This document shows, one piece after another, positions 7,278 through 14,752 of a stretch of 32,000 nt of DNA. Under the pieces are notes generated by a model that saw only the letters and a program-made list of their open reading frames with translations, was not told the DNA's origin and made no database searches. Made by a program: the position numbers and the translations under genes. How positions within the stretch are numbered: the first letter of the stretch is position 1; every line of letters begins with the position of its first letter. The DNA comes from Desulfotalea psychrophila LSv54 (GTDB lineage: Bacteria > Desulfobacterota > Desulfobulbia > Desulfobulbales > Desulfocapsaceae). The stretch is taken from contig NC_006138.1 in the NCBI RefSeq assembly GCF_000025945.1, positions 510,001 through 542,000 of the forward strand, read 5' to 3'.

Positions 7278-8582
7278 TTAATAGCCAAAGAGTCTTGGGA
7301 AAAAGAGAGACAGATCTGGCCATAGAGAGGTTAAAAAGACAACCGGCACATAGGCAAAGAGAAGCAATACCATTGCTGGCCTGATAACCTCAGAAAACTG
7401 CACCTTGCCTATGCGGATACCGAGATAGAGGATAGATGCATAGGGTGGGGTTACACCGCCCATTGCCGTATTCACGCCCATGATCGCTGCAAACTGAACG
7501 GGAGAAACACCAATCGCCTCCATCAGAGGCAGGAGGAGGGGAGCGATAAGAATAATTGCCGTGATATCATTAACAATCATCCCAACAAAGAAGAGGAGGA
7601 AGTTGATCAGAATTAAGAGTAAGACCTTATTTTCGGTGATCGAAAAAATTCCCGATACCAGGGCCTGAGGTACATCTTCCATCACAAAGATCTGACTGAG
7701 CATAAGACTGAAGACAATCATGATCATGATGGCACCGACAGCGGTGGCAGAACTCTTAGCAGCCTTCAAAAATGTATCGACAGTCAGTCCCTTATATATC
7801 AGGAAGCCAACAGGAATCGCATAAATCACCGCAACGGCAGCAGCTTCAGTCGGGGTCATGATACCGCCGTAGATACCGCCAAGGATAATGAGCGGCATCA
7901 TCAGGGCTGGAATTGCCCGGGAGGTGCAGCTAATACCCTCTTTGATGATCTGCTTTTTGGTAGCGGGAGGCTCAAGCTCCAGAGGAAAACTTCTGGCCAT
8001 GTACAGATTCACCGCCGAGAGAAGAATGGTAATGGCAATACCAGGCCCCAGGGTTGCCAAAAAACAGGCAAGGATGGAGGTATCCGTCACCCAACCATAG
8101 ATAATCATGGTTACACTGGGCGGGATGAGTAGACCAAGAACAGAGGAGTTTGAGACAAGGGCGGTGGCATATCCACGGGGATAACCCTTGGCAGCCATGG
8201 CTGGAATCAACAGAGGCCCCGTTGCCGCAACACCGGTCAGTCCACTTCCGGAAATTGCCCCAATAATGGCACAACTCACCGAGGCAACAACCCCAAGTCC
8301 ACCCCGTATTCTACCTACAAATATATTTACAAAATCCAGCAGACTAGCGGCAATACCACTCTCACTCATGATGGTACCGGCAAAGACAAAGAGAGGTATG
8401 CAGAGAAGGACAGGATTAGAAAGCTGTGAAAAGCCCCAGACCATGGTGCCTTCCATGGGAATATCACCCAGGATAACCATGGACATCAGGGCGCCACCAA
8501 AACAGTATGGTAGCGGGACACCAAAACTGAGCAGGACAACAAGTGCCGCGAGGGCAATAAGAGAAATTGCTATGATTTCCAT
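7278..8582 (-). CDS. TRAP transporter large permease, DctM family (copy B, intact)
   Basis: The track ORF begins at a TTG (8618). The ATG at 8582 (MEIIAISL...) matches the copy A start and is preceded by AAGGAG. Contains the GGVTPPY segment expected in DctM permeases. Confidence 0.92.
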   Translation of the reverse strand: MEIIAISLIALAALVVLLSFGVPLPYCFGGALMSMVILGDIPMEGTMVWGFSQLSNPVLLCIPLFVFAGTIMSESGIAASLLDFVNIFVGRIRGGLGVVASVSCAIIGAISGSGLTGVAATGPLLIPAMAAKGYPRGYATALVSNSSVLGLLIPPSVTMIIYGWVTDTSILACFLATLGPGIAITILLSAVNLYMARSFPLELEPPATKKQIIKEGISCTSRAIPALMMPLIILGGIYGGIMTPTEAAAVAVIYAIPVGFLIYKGLTVDTFLKAAKSSATAVGAIMIMIVFSLMLSQIFVMEDVPQALVSGIFSITENKVLLLILINFLLFFVGMIVNDITAIILIAPLLLPLMEAIGVSPVQFAAIMGVNTAMGGVTPPYASILYLGIRIGKVQFSEVIRPAMVLLLFAYVPVVFLTSLWPDLSLFFPRLFGY

Positions 8583-8586
8583 AATA

Positions 8587-9069
8587 CTAGGACTCCTTGG
8601 TGGGCTGCTGAAGAGCAATTAGCTGCTTTGCATGTTTATACAGATAGCCCCCGCAGTAGACCGTCATAAAGGCAAGACCGATAAACAGGGCACATTCAGC
8701 CCAAAACGTTGGTATGTACAGGGTAGGACTTGACTTCCATACGCGCTTTGCATATACGAAATAATCCCAGGCCCAGTAGGTGAGCCAGGAAGAAATTATC
8801 ACGGAAGCAACATCCGCAAAGACACGGACAATCAATCGTGCTTTATCTGTCTTCAAAAAAATATCAAGAACGTTTGCCTTGATTTGGCTATCTTCTCTTG
8901 CGGCATTAACACTGCCCAAGATATAGAGCCATAGGGTGGGATAGACGAGCAGTTCATCAAGTCCCATGCTGGGGAGTTCAAAAACATATCTCATAAGCAC
9001 TTGGTAAAACTCCATTACTGCTATCGTAGTGATAAGTAAGGGCAGTGCATATTTAAAGAATCTCTCCAT
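8587..9069 (-). CDS. TRAP transporter small permease, DctQ family (copy B)
   Basis: The track ORF starts at a TTG (9084). The ATG at 9069 (MERFFKY...) is preceded by AAGGAG. Very similar to copy A. Confidence 0.88.
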   Translation of the reverse strand: MERFFKYALPLLITTIAVMEFYQVLMRYVFELPSMGLDELLVYPTLWLYILGSVNAAREDSQIKANVLDIFLKTDKARLIVRVFADVASVIISSWLTYWAWDYFVYAKRVWKSSPTLYIPTFWAECALFIGLAFMTVYCGGYLYKHAKQLIALQQPTKES

Positions 9070-9080
9070 ACTCTTCTCCT

Positions 9081-9137
9081 TCAATCGATAATAATTTCGA
9101 TTGAGAAATGAGATCCATCTCTCAATCGAATTTTTTA
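9081..9137. promoter_or_regulatory. Intercistronic three-arm repeat able to form mutually exclusive hairpins (between the RidA gene and dctQ)
   Basis: The arms are a1 tcaatcga (9081-9088), a2 ttcgattgaga (9096-9106) and a3 tctcaatcgaa (9120-9130). a2 pairs with a3 over 11 bp or with a1 over 8 bp. On the mRNA the a1 arm abuts the dctQ SD. The + strand reads as hairpin plus TTTTTT (9131-9136). Confidence 0.45.
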
Positions 9138-9146
9138 ATGCTGTAC

Positions 9147-9506
9147 CTATCTCACTGCTGCAATCACAGAAACCTCGACAAGCAAATCTGGACGAGCCAT
9201 TCTAGCCTCAACACAGGCACGGGCAGGTGCCTGTCCTTCTGGCACCCAGCTATCCCAAACGCTGTTCATCCCTGCAAAGTCCTTCATATCCCGCACGTAA
9301 ATGGTCGCAGAAAGGATTAAGTCTCTGCCGCTGCCCGCCTGCTCAAGAAGAGCATCAACCCGGGCAAGCATGGTTTCAGTTTGCTCAGTGATAGTGCTTG
9401 GTACATCTACCACACCACCAACCTGACCACAGAGATATACGGTGTTATTATGAATTACTATCTTGCTCATTCGCTGAGCTGTTTCCATTCGAGTAATCTC
9501 GCTCAT
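9147..9506 (-). CDS. RidA (YjgF/YER057c/UK114) family enamine/imine deaminase-like protein
   Basis: The track ORF starts at a TTG (9512). The ATG at 9506 has GAGAGG upstream. Family-typical sequence: ...VYLCGQVG...[19 protein letters not shown]...ATIYVRDM...PARACVEA... Confidence 0.88.
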   Translation of the reverse strand: MSEITRMETAQRMSKIVIHNNTVYLCGQVGGVVDVPSTITEQTETMLARVDALLEQAGSGRDLILSATIYVRDMKDFAGMNSVWDSWVPEGQAPARACVEARMARPDLLVEVSVIAAVR

Positions 9507-9523
9507 TTTCAATTCCTCTCTAG

Positions 9524-10954
9524 CTATTTTTTACTTTGATTTTTAAACAGGGCCGACGGATCGACGCCTTCTACCACGATATCCATTGCAGCCACTTCCT
9601 GAAGAGGCAGCGGTTTAAGAGGTGGACGTATTTTCAGCAATCCAGCGTTCGGCACGGATCCATCCAGTTCTGCCGCAACAATTTCACCCAAGGCCTGTCC
9701 GCACATTCTGCCCTGACAGGGTCCCATTCCACATCTGGTGATGGCCTTTACCTCATTGAGATCAGTCACACCCTCAGAGACAAGCTTGCGTACCTTACCC
9801 ACCGTAATATTCTCACAACGACAGAGGACGGTCTCATCCTCAAAGGATATTTTATTCGGATTAGGGGCAAAAAAGGCATCGATCAGAGGACGAGGATAAG
9901 CGTCCTTCTTGATATTCTCCAAAGGCTGCGCGGCCAGGTTATCACGCTCATAAGGAGGAATGATACCAAGACAGCGGGCAACTTCCAGGGCCGACAACTC
10001 ACCCTTGAACTCAGCAGCCAAAGCACCGGAAACGCCTGTACCATCACCGGTTGCAAAGATTCGCTCAAAGTTGGTGCGTCCCCAACTATCCGTTGCCGGA
10101 TACCAGTAACGCTGCTCCTTCTGCCACTCCATATGACAGCCAGTAAGGCGATGAATATGGGTGTCAGGAACAACACCGAAATGAACAAGGAGCATCTCAG
10201 CATCAAATTTCAACTTTTTACGACCATGGTCCGCTGTCACGGTCGTGACGGCATCATCACCGATGGCCTTAAGATTTGTTATGTTCTTATAGTGGGGGAC
10301 ACCTGACTTCTTGATATCCCAGAGCATCTTCACGCCCTTGAGAAGGAAGGGAATGCCGCCCATGGCCTTGGGCAGATGTTGCAAAATTGAGGGAGAGGGA
10401 ATTGCCGCTGTTGTCTCAAGAATTGCCGCAACCTTAACCTTTTTCTGGGTGAGCAGGGCTGCCTCGAGTAAAAGCAAGGGACCACTTCCTGCCAGAACAA
10501 CGCTTCCGGACGGGGTAAGATCAGCATCTTTAGCAAGACCATTTACAGCACCGGCACCCATTACACCGGGCAGGGTCCAGCCAGGAAATGGTACAGGACG
10601 CTCCATGGCACCGGTAGCGATAATGACATAGTTTGCAGTTATACGCTCTGACACACCGGCACGTGAATAGCAGACCCGACCTTCAGATTCCACATTCCAC
10701 ACCAGAGAACTCCCCTCATACTCAGCACCACTCTTTCTAAATCGTTGGGCAAGATCAAGTCCACGGCGATACTCAGGACCCATCTTCTTCAGATTACTAT
10801 CCGATGCATGCTCTATATTGCGATAGATCTGCCCACCAATGTGGTTTTGCTCATCAAGGGTCAATACCTTCAGGCCCATTTCGGCAAGGGTTGAGCTTGC
10901 TGTAAGTCCAGCAGCCCCCGCACCGATCACAATTGTATCATAATGACGACTCAT
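9524..10954 (-). CDS. FAD/NAD(P)-binding oxidoreductase, large subunit of an HcnB/OoxA/opine-dehydrogenase alpha type, with a BFD-like [2Fe-2S] motif
   Basis: 476 aa. N-terminal dinucleotide fold [12 protein letters not shown]. Internal [12 protein letters not shown]...[15 protein letters not shown] matches the BFD-like 2Fe-2S pattern. GGGGAGG SD upstream. Confidence 0.85.
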   Translation of the reverse strand: MSRHYDTIVIGAGAAGLTASSTLAEMGLKVLTLDEQNHIGGQIYRNIEHASDSNLKKMGPEYRRGLDLAQRFRKSGAEYEGSSLVWNVESEGRVCYSRAGVSERITANYVIIATGAMERPVPFPGWTLPGVMGAGAVNGLAKDADLTPSGSVVLAGSGPLLLLEAALLTQKKVKVAAILETTAAIPSPSILQHLPKAMGGIPFLLKGVKMLWDIKKSGVPHYKNITNLKAIGDDAVTTVTADHGRKKLKFDAEMLLVHFGVVPDTHIHRLTGCHMEWQKEQRYWYPATDSWGRTNFERIFATGDGTGVSGALAAEFKGELSALEVARCLGIIPPYERDNLAAQPLENIKKDAYPRPLIDAFFAPNPNKISFEDETVLCRCENITVGKVRKLVSEGVTDLNEVKAITRCGMGPCQGRMCGQALGEIVAAELDGSVPNAGLLKIRPPLKPLPLQEVAAMDIVVEGVDPSALFKNQSKK

Positions 10955-10956
10955 GA

Positions 10957-11244
10957 CTATTTTTCCTCCCCGGCTGCAAGGTTACGATTAACGACCATTC
11001 CCTTACGAACGGTGGTCATACAGGCCTGACGCTGGACACCATCAATTTCCATCAAACACTCAAAACAGACGCCCATTAAACAGTGAGGCGAACAGGGTTT
11101 TTTAGAGGTGGGAGAAACCTTTGAGGTTATCTCGCCAATTGCGAGCAGGGCAGCGGCCAGATTCACCTCTGCGGGAACAGAAGTGGCTTGCCCGTCCAAG
11201 ATTATTTCTACTGAATCCGATACTGATGAGTCGCGTTTAAACAT
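10957..11244 (-). CDS. Small (2Fe-2S)-binding subunit (HcnA / opine-dehydrogenase gamma-like)
   Basis: About 95 aa from the ATG at 11244, which overlaps the upstream stop as ATGTTTAA. An alternative ATG lies at 11256. Cys cluster: KKPCSPHCLMGVCFECLMEIDGVQRQAC. The longer track ORF runs into the upstream gene. Confidence 0.8.
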   Translation of the reverse strand: MFKRDSSVSDSVEIILDGQATSVPAEVNLAAALLAIGEITSKVSPTSKKPCSPHCLMGVCFECLMEIDGVQRQACMTTVRKGMVVNRNLAAGEEK

Positions 11245-12358
11245 TGAATCGTCCATTGCTGAAGTGTGAAATTTGTGGGGCCTCGGCTTTTTCAAGTATC
11301 CAGGGAGCGACATGCGTCGCTGACACAGGAGCAAGGCTTACAGCGGAGTGACCTGCCAACACATAGATGTTTTTATGCTCGGTAAGTCTGTCATATATAG
11401 GGCTTCCATCGGGGGTCATTACTCTGGCTGCCCCCCAACCTCTTACCCAGTTAACCTTGCCAAGTTCAGGGAAGAGCTTTATGGCTCCAGCCGCCTGATT
11501 CTTCATGGCCTCGGTGGTAACCTCAGAGTTATGACCGAAATCCTCGGTGGAGAGACCAATAAGAAAGGTGCCGTCAAGGGTCTGACGAACAGCCAATGTG
11601 GGAAAGTCGAGCTTCTTCTCTATCCGCTCACTGACCATAATCTGTCCGCGGGTAGGATAGACATTGAGATGATAATCAAGATCTTCCAGCAAACGTGAAG
11701 AACCATGACCGGCAGCTATGACCAACTTGCTGCACTGATAGTCACCCTTCGAGGTCTTTACCGTTACTGTACCGTCTCCATTAGGTACAACCCTTGTCAC
11801 AATCATGCCGCCATAATAAACACCACCCTTTTTCTGAAAGGCAGCCCTCATTGCAGCCATAGCACCCATGGGGTTTACGGTGCCCTGATCAGCAGAATAC
11901 ATGGCGCCGACAACCTCATCGCCGAGCTTCATCTTGGGAACCATGGAGGCAAATTCTTCCCGATCCACCATTCTGGCAGGGTAATCCATCCCCGCATCGC
12001 TACAGACCTTTTTCAGATTGGCAACGGCATCGCTGTACATCTGAAACTGCGCACCACTGGTTGCATGCAGGGCACCGCCATTCCACTCAAGCTCAACATC
12101 ATAGCCAGTTTCCTCTTCCAGCTTAGCAGCAAATTCCGGCCATAAAGTGGTCGCCATCCGACACCACTTGGCATAATTCGGGTTATTTGCTCCCTTGCAC
12201 ATAAACCAGGTTAAACCAAAATTACCTCGAGAGAGTCTCTGGGTTGGCAGCTGTTCATCGAACATTAGAACCTTGCCAGCTCCCTCACGGACAAGGCCAA
12301 GTGCTGTCGATGCACCCTGTAGCCCACCACCAATAACGATTATATCAACTTTCTTCAC
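11237..12358 (-). CDS. FAD-dependent oxidoreductase (DAO family; HcnC/OoxB/opine-dehydrogenase beta-like)
   Basis: 373 aa with a GTG start at 12358 and GGAGA upstream. N-terminal Rossmann motif VDIIVIGGGLQGAS. First gene after the sigma-54 promoter. Confidence 0.88.
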   Translation of the reverse strand: MKKVDIIVIGGGLQGASTALGLVREGAGKVLMFDEQLPTQRLSRGNFGLTWFMCKGANNPNYAKWCRMATTLWPEFAAKLEEETGYDVELEWNGGALHATSGAQFQMYSDAVANLKKVCSDAGMDYPARMVDREEFASMVPKMKLGDEVVGAMYSADQGTVNPMGAMAAMRAAFQKKGGVYYGGMIVTRVVPNGDGTVTVKTSKGDYQCSKLVIAAGHGSSRLLEDLDYHLNVYPTRGQIMVSERIEKKLDFPTLAVRQTLDGTFLIGLSTEDFGHNSEVTTEAMKNQAAGAIKLFPELGKVNWVRGWGAARVMTPDGSPIYDRLTEHKNIYVLAGHSAVSLAPVSATHVAPWILEKAEAPQISHFSNGRFNV

Positions 12359-12435
12359 TTGCTCATCTCCATCAGTCTAAGCACCTGTTGTTGGGGAAAA
12401 ATTCAATTACGACTAATCTTACCACGTATACTTAA

Positions 12436-12451
12436 TGCTAATTCTATGCCA
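12436..12451 (-). promoter_or_regulatory. Sigma-54 promoter of unit B
   Basis: The reverse complement is TGGCATAGAATTAGCA, with GG/GC at canonical spacing, about 78 nt upstream of the GTG at 12358. Confidence 0.7.
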
Positions 12452-12626
12452 GATTTAATTAATTTTTATTGATCTTCATAATAACAAGAAGTTAAGCATT
12501 GAGACGAAGACAAGACAATGCACTGAAATCACTCCACTTGTCCAGAAACAAGCAGAAATATGGTAAGATTATAGTCTTTAAGAAATGAGGCCCAGAAATG
12601 CAGGGAAAAAATAAAAAAACAGCCAT

Positions 12627-12651
12627 ATTATGTTTCATAATGAAACATAAT
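12627..12651. promoter_or_regulatory. Upstream activator box 1, unit B: perfect 25-nt palindrome
   Basis: attatgtttcat-a-atgaaacataat has 12-nt arms and a TGT-N11-ACA core, about 195 bp upstream of the -24/-12 element. That is typical bEBP geometry. Confidence 0.6.
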
Positions 12652-12704
12652 TCATGTTATTCGGCGCTTTTCTTTGAAGTGATTGCTCTTAAGAAGAGAT
12701 GGTA

Positions 12705-12730
12705 CAAAATGAAGCATGTGTCATTTTGAG
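12705..12730. promoter_or_regulatory. Upstream box 2, unit B
   Basis: caaaatga-N8-tcattttg is an inverted repeat. The right half (catgtgtcattttgag) is conserved in units A and C, starting exactly 76 bp from the centre of box 1 in all three. Confidence 0.45.
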
Positions 12731-12963
12731 AAATAGACGATTCGTAAAAAAAGAAGCCCATAAGCCACAGAATAGATAAGAAAATGATGACCACAACACC
12801 CATAGGCCATGGACCTTTCAGGAAAAGCAAACAGTCTCTCCCGGCAACGAGAGGACTGACACCCCAAGGCTGTGCCAATTATTCTCCAAAATCAAATTAA
12901 AAAAGAGATAGAGGAAAATTTCAGCCAGGCACAGAGCATTAAGAAAACTCTGCCCAGAGCCCT

Positions 12964-12996
12964 CCCCGGCCACTTCTCATCAAAAAATAGCCGGGG
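12964..12996. terminator. Hairpin H3 downstream of dctP-C
   Basis: ccccggc-N19-gccgggg. Homologous to H1. Confidence 0.4.
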
Positions 12997-13011
12997 AACT
13001 TCTAGTCGTGA

Positions 13012-14010
13012 TTATTTGGTAACCCGATCAAGAACGCCCTGCCCCCACTCCTGGCCCACGTCGCGAAGAATCACAGGCCAAACGGCAGACTTGGCCCTAT
13101 CCGAAAGCGCCGCAATTTCCGCCTTACTAATGGGGAGAATTACTGCACCGTAATCGGCAAGTTTCTTCTCGTTGGCTGCCTGATCTGCCTCAGCAACAGT
13201 CCAACGTCGTTCTTCAAATTGAGTTGCAACATTCTGCACCTGCCCTTGCTCTTCAACAGAGAGTTTATCAAAATCTTTCTGACTCATGATAAGATACCAC
13301 ACCTCAAAATGGGTGTTGGCAGGAAGATAATACTTGGTAACATCTCTAAATGAAGAATAATAGCCCTCGGCTCCTGAGCCAATTACACCATCAACAACAC
13401 CGGTCTGCACAGCGGTGAAGGCATCGGAAAATGGAATTGGCGTGCCAAGATAACCGCTGGTGTCTGCCAGCAATTGAAAGGTTTTCATTGGCTGAACACG
13501 AACCTTGAGCCCCTTGGACACATCCGGATTCCCGTAATCCTTCACCTCTTTGTTAAAAGAGATACCACCAAAGTAGACGGGCCAGGCGGCAATCATATGA
13601 ATGTTCTGCTCAGCATAGAGACCTTCAACAACCTTACGCAGAGGTGCGCCGGGACCATAATTATCCCGTGCCTGCCTCCAATTTTCTACGATATAAGGAA
13701 AATAGATAAGCTGGAATCTTTTATCCGCCGCAGTAGACGGTGGTTGACAGGCAAAGGAAATCGCGCCCAGGCTGACCCGCTCCTGAACAATGGTATAATC
13801 GCCAAGGGCATTGGCAGGATAAATCTTCGTTTTCAACTTGCCAGCCGAAGCCTCCTTCAGGGTATCTGAAAACCAGTGGAGATCCTTATCAATTGCTGTT
13901 CCCTGAGGTCTCACATGTGAAATTTTCATGGCTCTCGCCTGGATGCTTCCTGCCAACATAGAGACACTGGCAAGCAGAACCAGGGCACTGATAACAAAAT
14001 GTTTCTTCAC
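13012..14010 (-). CDS. TRAP transporter substrate-binding protein, DctP family (copy C, orphan)
   Basis: 332 aa. It starts at GTG in the position where A and B have ATG, with the same AAGGAG at the same spacing. Signal peptide present. No adjacent dctQ or dctM. Confidence 0.88.
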   Translation of the reverse strand: MKKHFVISALVLLASVSMLAGSIQARAMKISHVRPQGTAIDKDLHWFSDTLKEASAGKLKTKIYPANALGDYTIVQERVSLGAISFACQPPSTAADKRFQLIYFPYIVENWRQARDNYGPGAPLRKVVEGLYAEQNIHMIAAWPVYFGGISFNKEVKDYGNPDVSKGLKVRVQPMKTFQLLADTSGYLGTPIPFSDAFTAVQTGVVDGVIGSGAEGYYSSFRDVTKYYLPANTHFEVWYLIMSQKDFDKLSVEEQGQVQNVATQFEERRWTVAEADQAANEKKLADYGAVILPISKAEIAALSDRAKSAVWPVILRDVGQEWGQGVLDRVTK

Positions 14011-14037
14011 TTCTTACTCCTTAGATAACGTTCTTAA

Positions 14038-14130
14038 TTAATAGCAAAAAATCTTGCAAAAAGAGAGACAAACCCAACCAAAGGGAGGCAAGTCGTACCC
14101 TCAAAGACGAGCTTGTACCAAAGAGCAAAA
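14038..14130 (-). pseudogene. Relic of the dctM 3' end (about the last 30 codons) in unit C
   Basis: ttaattaatagcaaaaaatcttgcaaaaagagagaca... aligns with ttaattaatagccaaagagtcttgggaaaaagagagaca... at 7274 onward, with many substitutions. Confidence 0.6.
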
Positions 14131-14210
14131 CCTTGCCAGCACCTCACAGACATGAGCGATCGATGCACCCGCAGCCCGCCAGCAACAACGGCTATATCAC
14201 CTCCCCCCAC
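14131..14210 (-). pseudogene. Relic of the FAD-dependent oxidoreductase 5' end in unit C
   Basis: ccttgccagcacctcacaga...cgatgcaccc.cagccc.cc...tatatca...cacctgctcatctcc aligns with 12271-12370 of unit B. The former GTG maps to 14208-14210. Confidence 0.6.
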
Positions 14211-14281
14211 CTGCTCATCTCCGCCAAACAAAATTTTTACTGTTAGGGATAAAACAATTACGGCCCACGCAACCACCTCTA

Positions 14282-14297
14282 TGCCAGTTCCATGCCA
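14282..14297 (-). promoter_or_regulatory. Sigma-54 promoter of unit C
   Basis: The reverse complement is TGGCATGGAACTGGCA, with GG/GC at canonical spacing. Confidence 0.6.
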
Positions 14298-14416
14298 ACC
14301 TGAATTAACTTCACCAATACCTCACAAGAGCAAGAAGTTAGCGCCTTCCGCAGAAAAAGCAAACAGGACAATTTCTTGATATAATTATAAAAAGATCTAA
14401 AGAAATCCCATTCACC

Positions 14417-14433
14417 TGTTTTATTATGAGACA
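14417..14433. promoter_or_regulatory. Upstream activator box 1, unit C (degenerate palindrome)
   Basis: tgttttat-t-atgagaca, about 135 bp upstream of the promoter. Box 2 (catgtctcattttaagaa, 14501-14518) keeps the 76-bp offset. Confidence 0.45.
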
Positions 14434-14595
14434 CAGATTGGCCAATTCACTCTTTTTCTTTAGAGCCAGTACTTACGAAGAGAAACGCTACGAAATGCAA
14501 CATGTCTCATTTTAAGAATTAACTGATTCGTAAAAAGGAGCCTTAAAGTCGCAGGAGCCCGTGATGGACATCGTTTACCAAAGAGCCCTACAGAG

Positions 14596-14622
14596 GCCAG
14601 CCTCCTCAACAAGAGAGCTGGC
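14596..14622. repeat. Hairpin H4, extra copy of the post-dctP hairpin at the distal end of the array
   Basis: gccagcctcctcaacaagagagctggc resembles H2 (ccacctcctaacaagaggcaacc). No dctP homology follows it. Confidence 0.35.
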
Positions 14623-14752
14623 AAAGGGCAGAGAGTGAAATATCCCACTTTCATAAAGGCTGGACGGCAAACAGAGAAAAATGTAGGCTAGCCCATGGTA
14701 ATGGGCTTAAGCTGAGCAAAAAATAACTATAGGCATATAGCAGAAAATCATT

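Larger units (their letters stand above)
6207..12963 (-). repeat. Tandem repeat unit B (complete operon)
   Basis: Runs from hairpin H2 to hairpin H3. Holds dctP, dctM, dctQ, RidA, the three oxidoreductase genes, the 5' UTR, the sigma-54 promoter, two upstream boxes and a spacer. Confidence 0.8.
12964..14622 (-). repeat. Tandem repeat unit C (most reduced copy), ending with hairpin H4
   Basis: Holds hairpin H3, dctP-C, a fused scar, the 5' UTR, the sigma-54 promoter, both upstream boxes, a spacer and H4. Collinear with unit B but missing about 5 kb. Confidence 0.75.

Noticed and set aside
14034-14276. 80-aa reverse-strand ORF upstream of dctP-C
   Set aside because: It is stitched from the dctM 3' relic and the oxidoreductase 5' relic read in arbitrary frames. 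It is a by-product of the deletion scar, not a gene.
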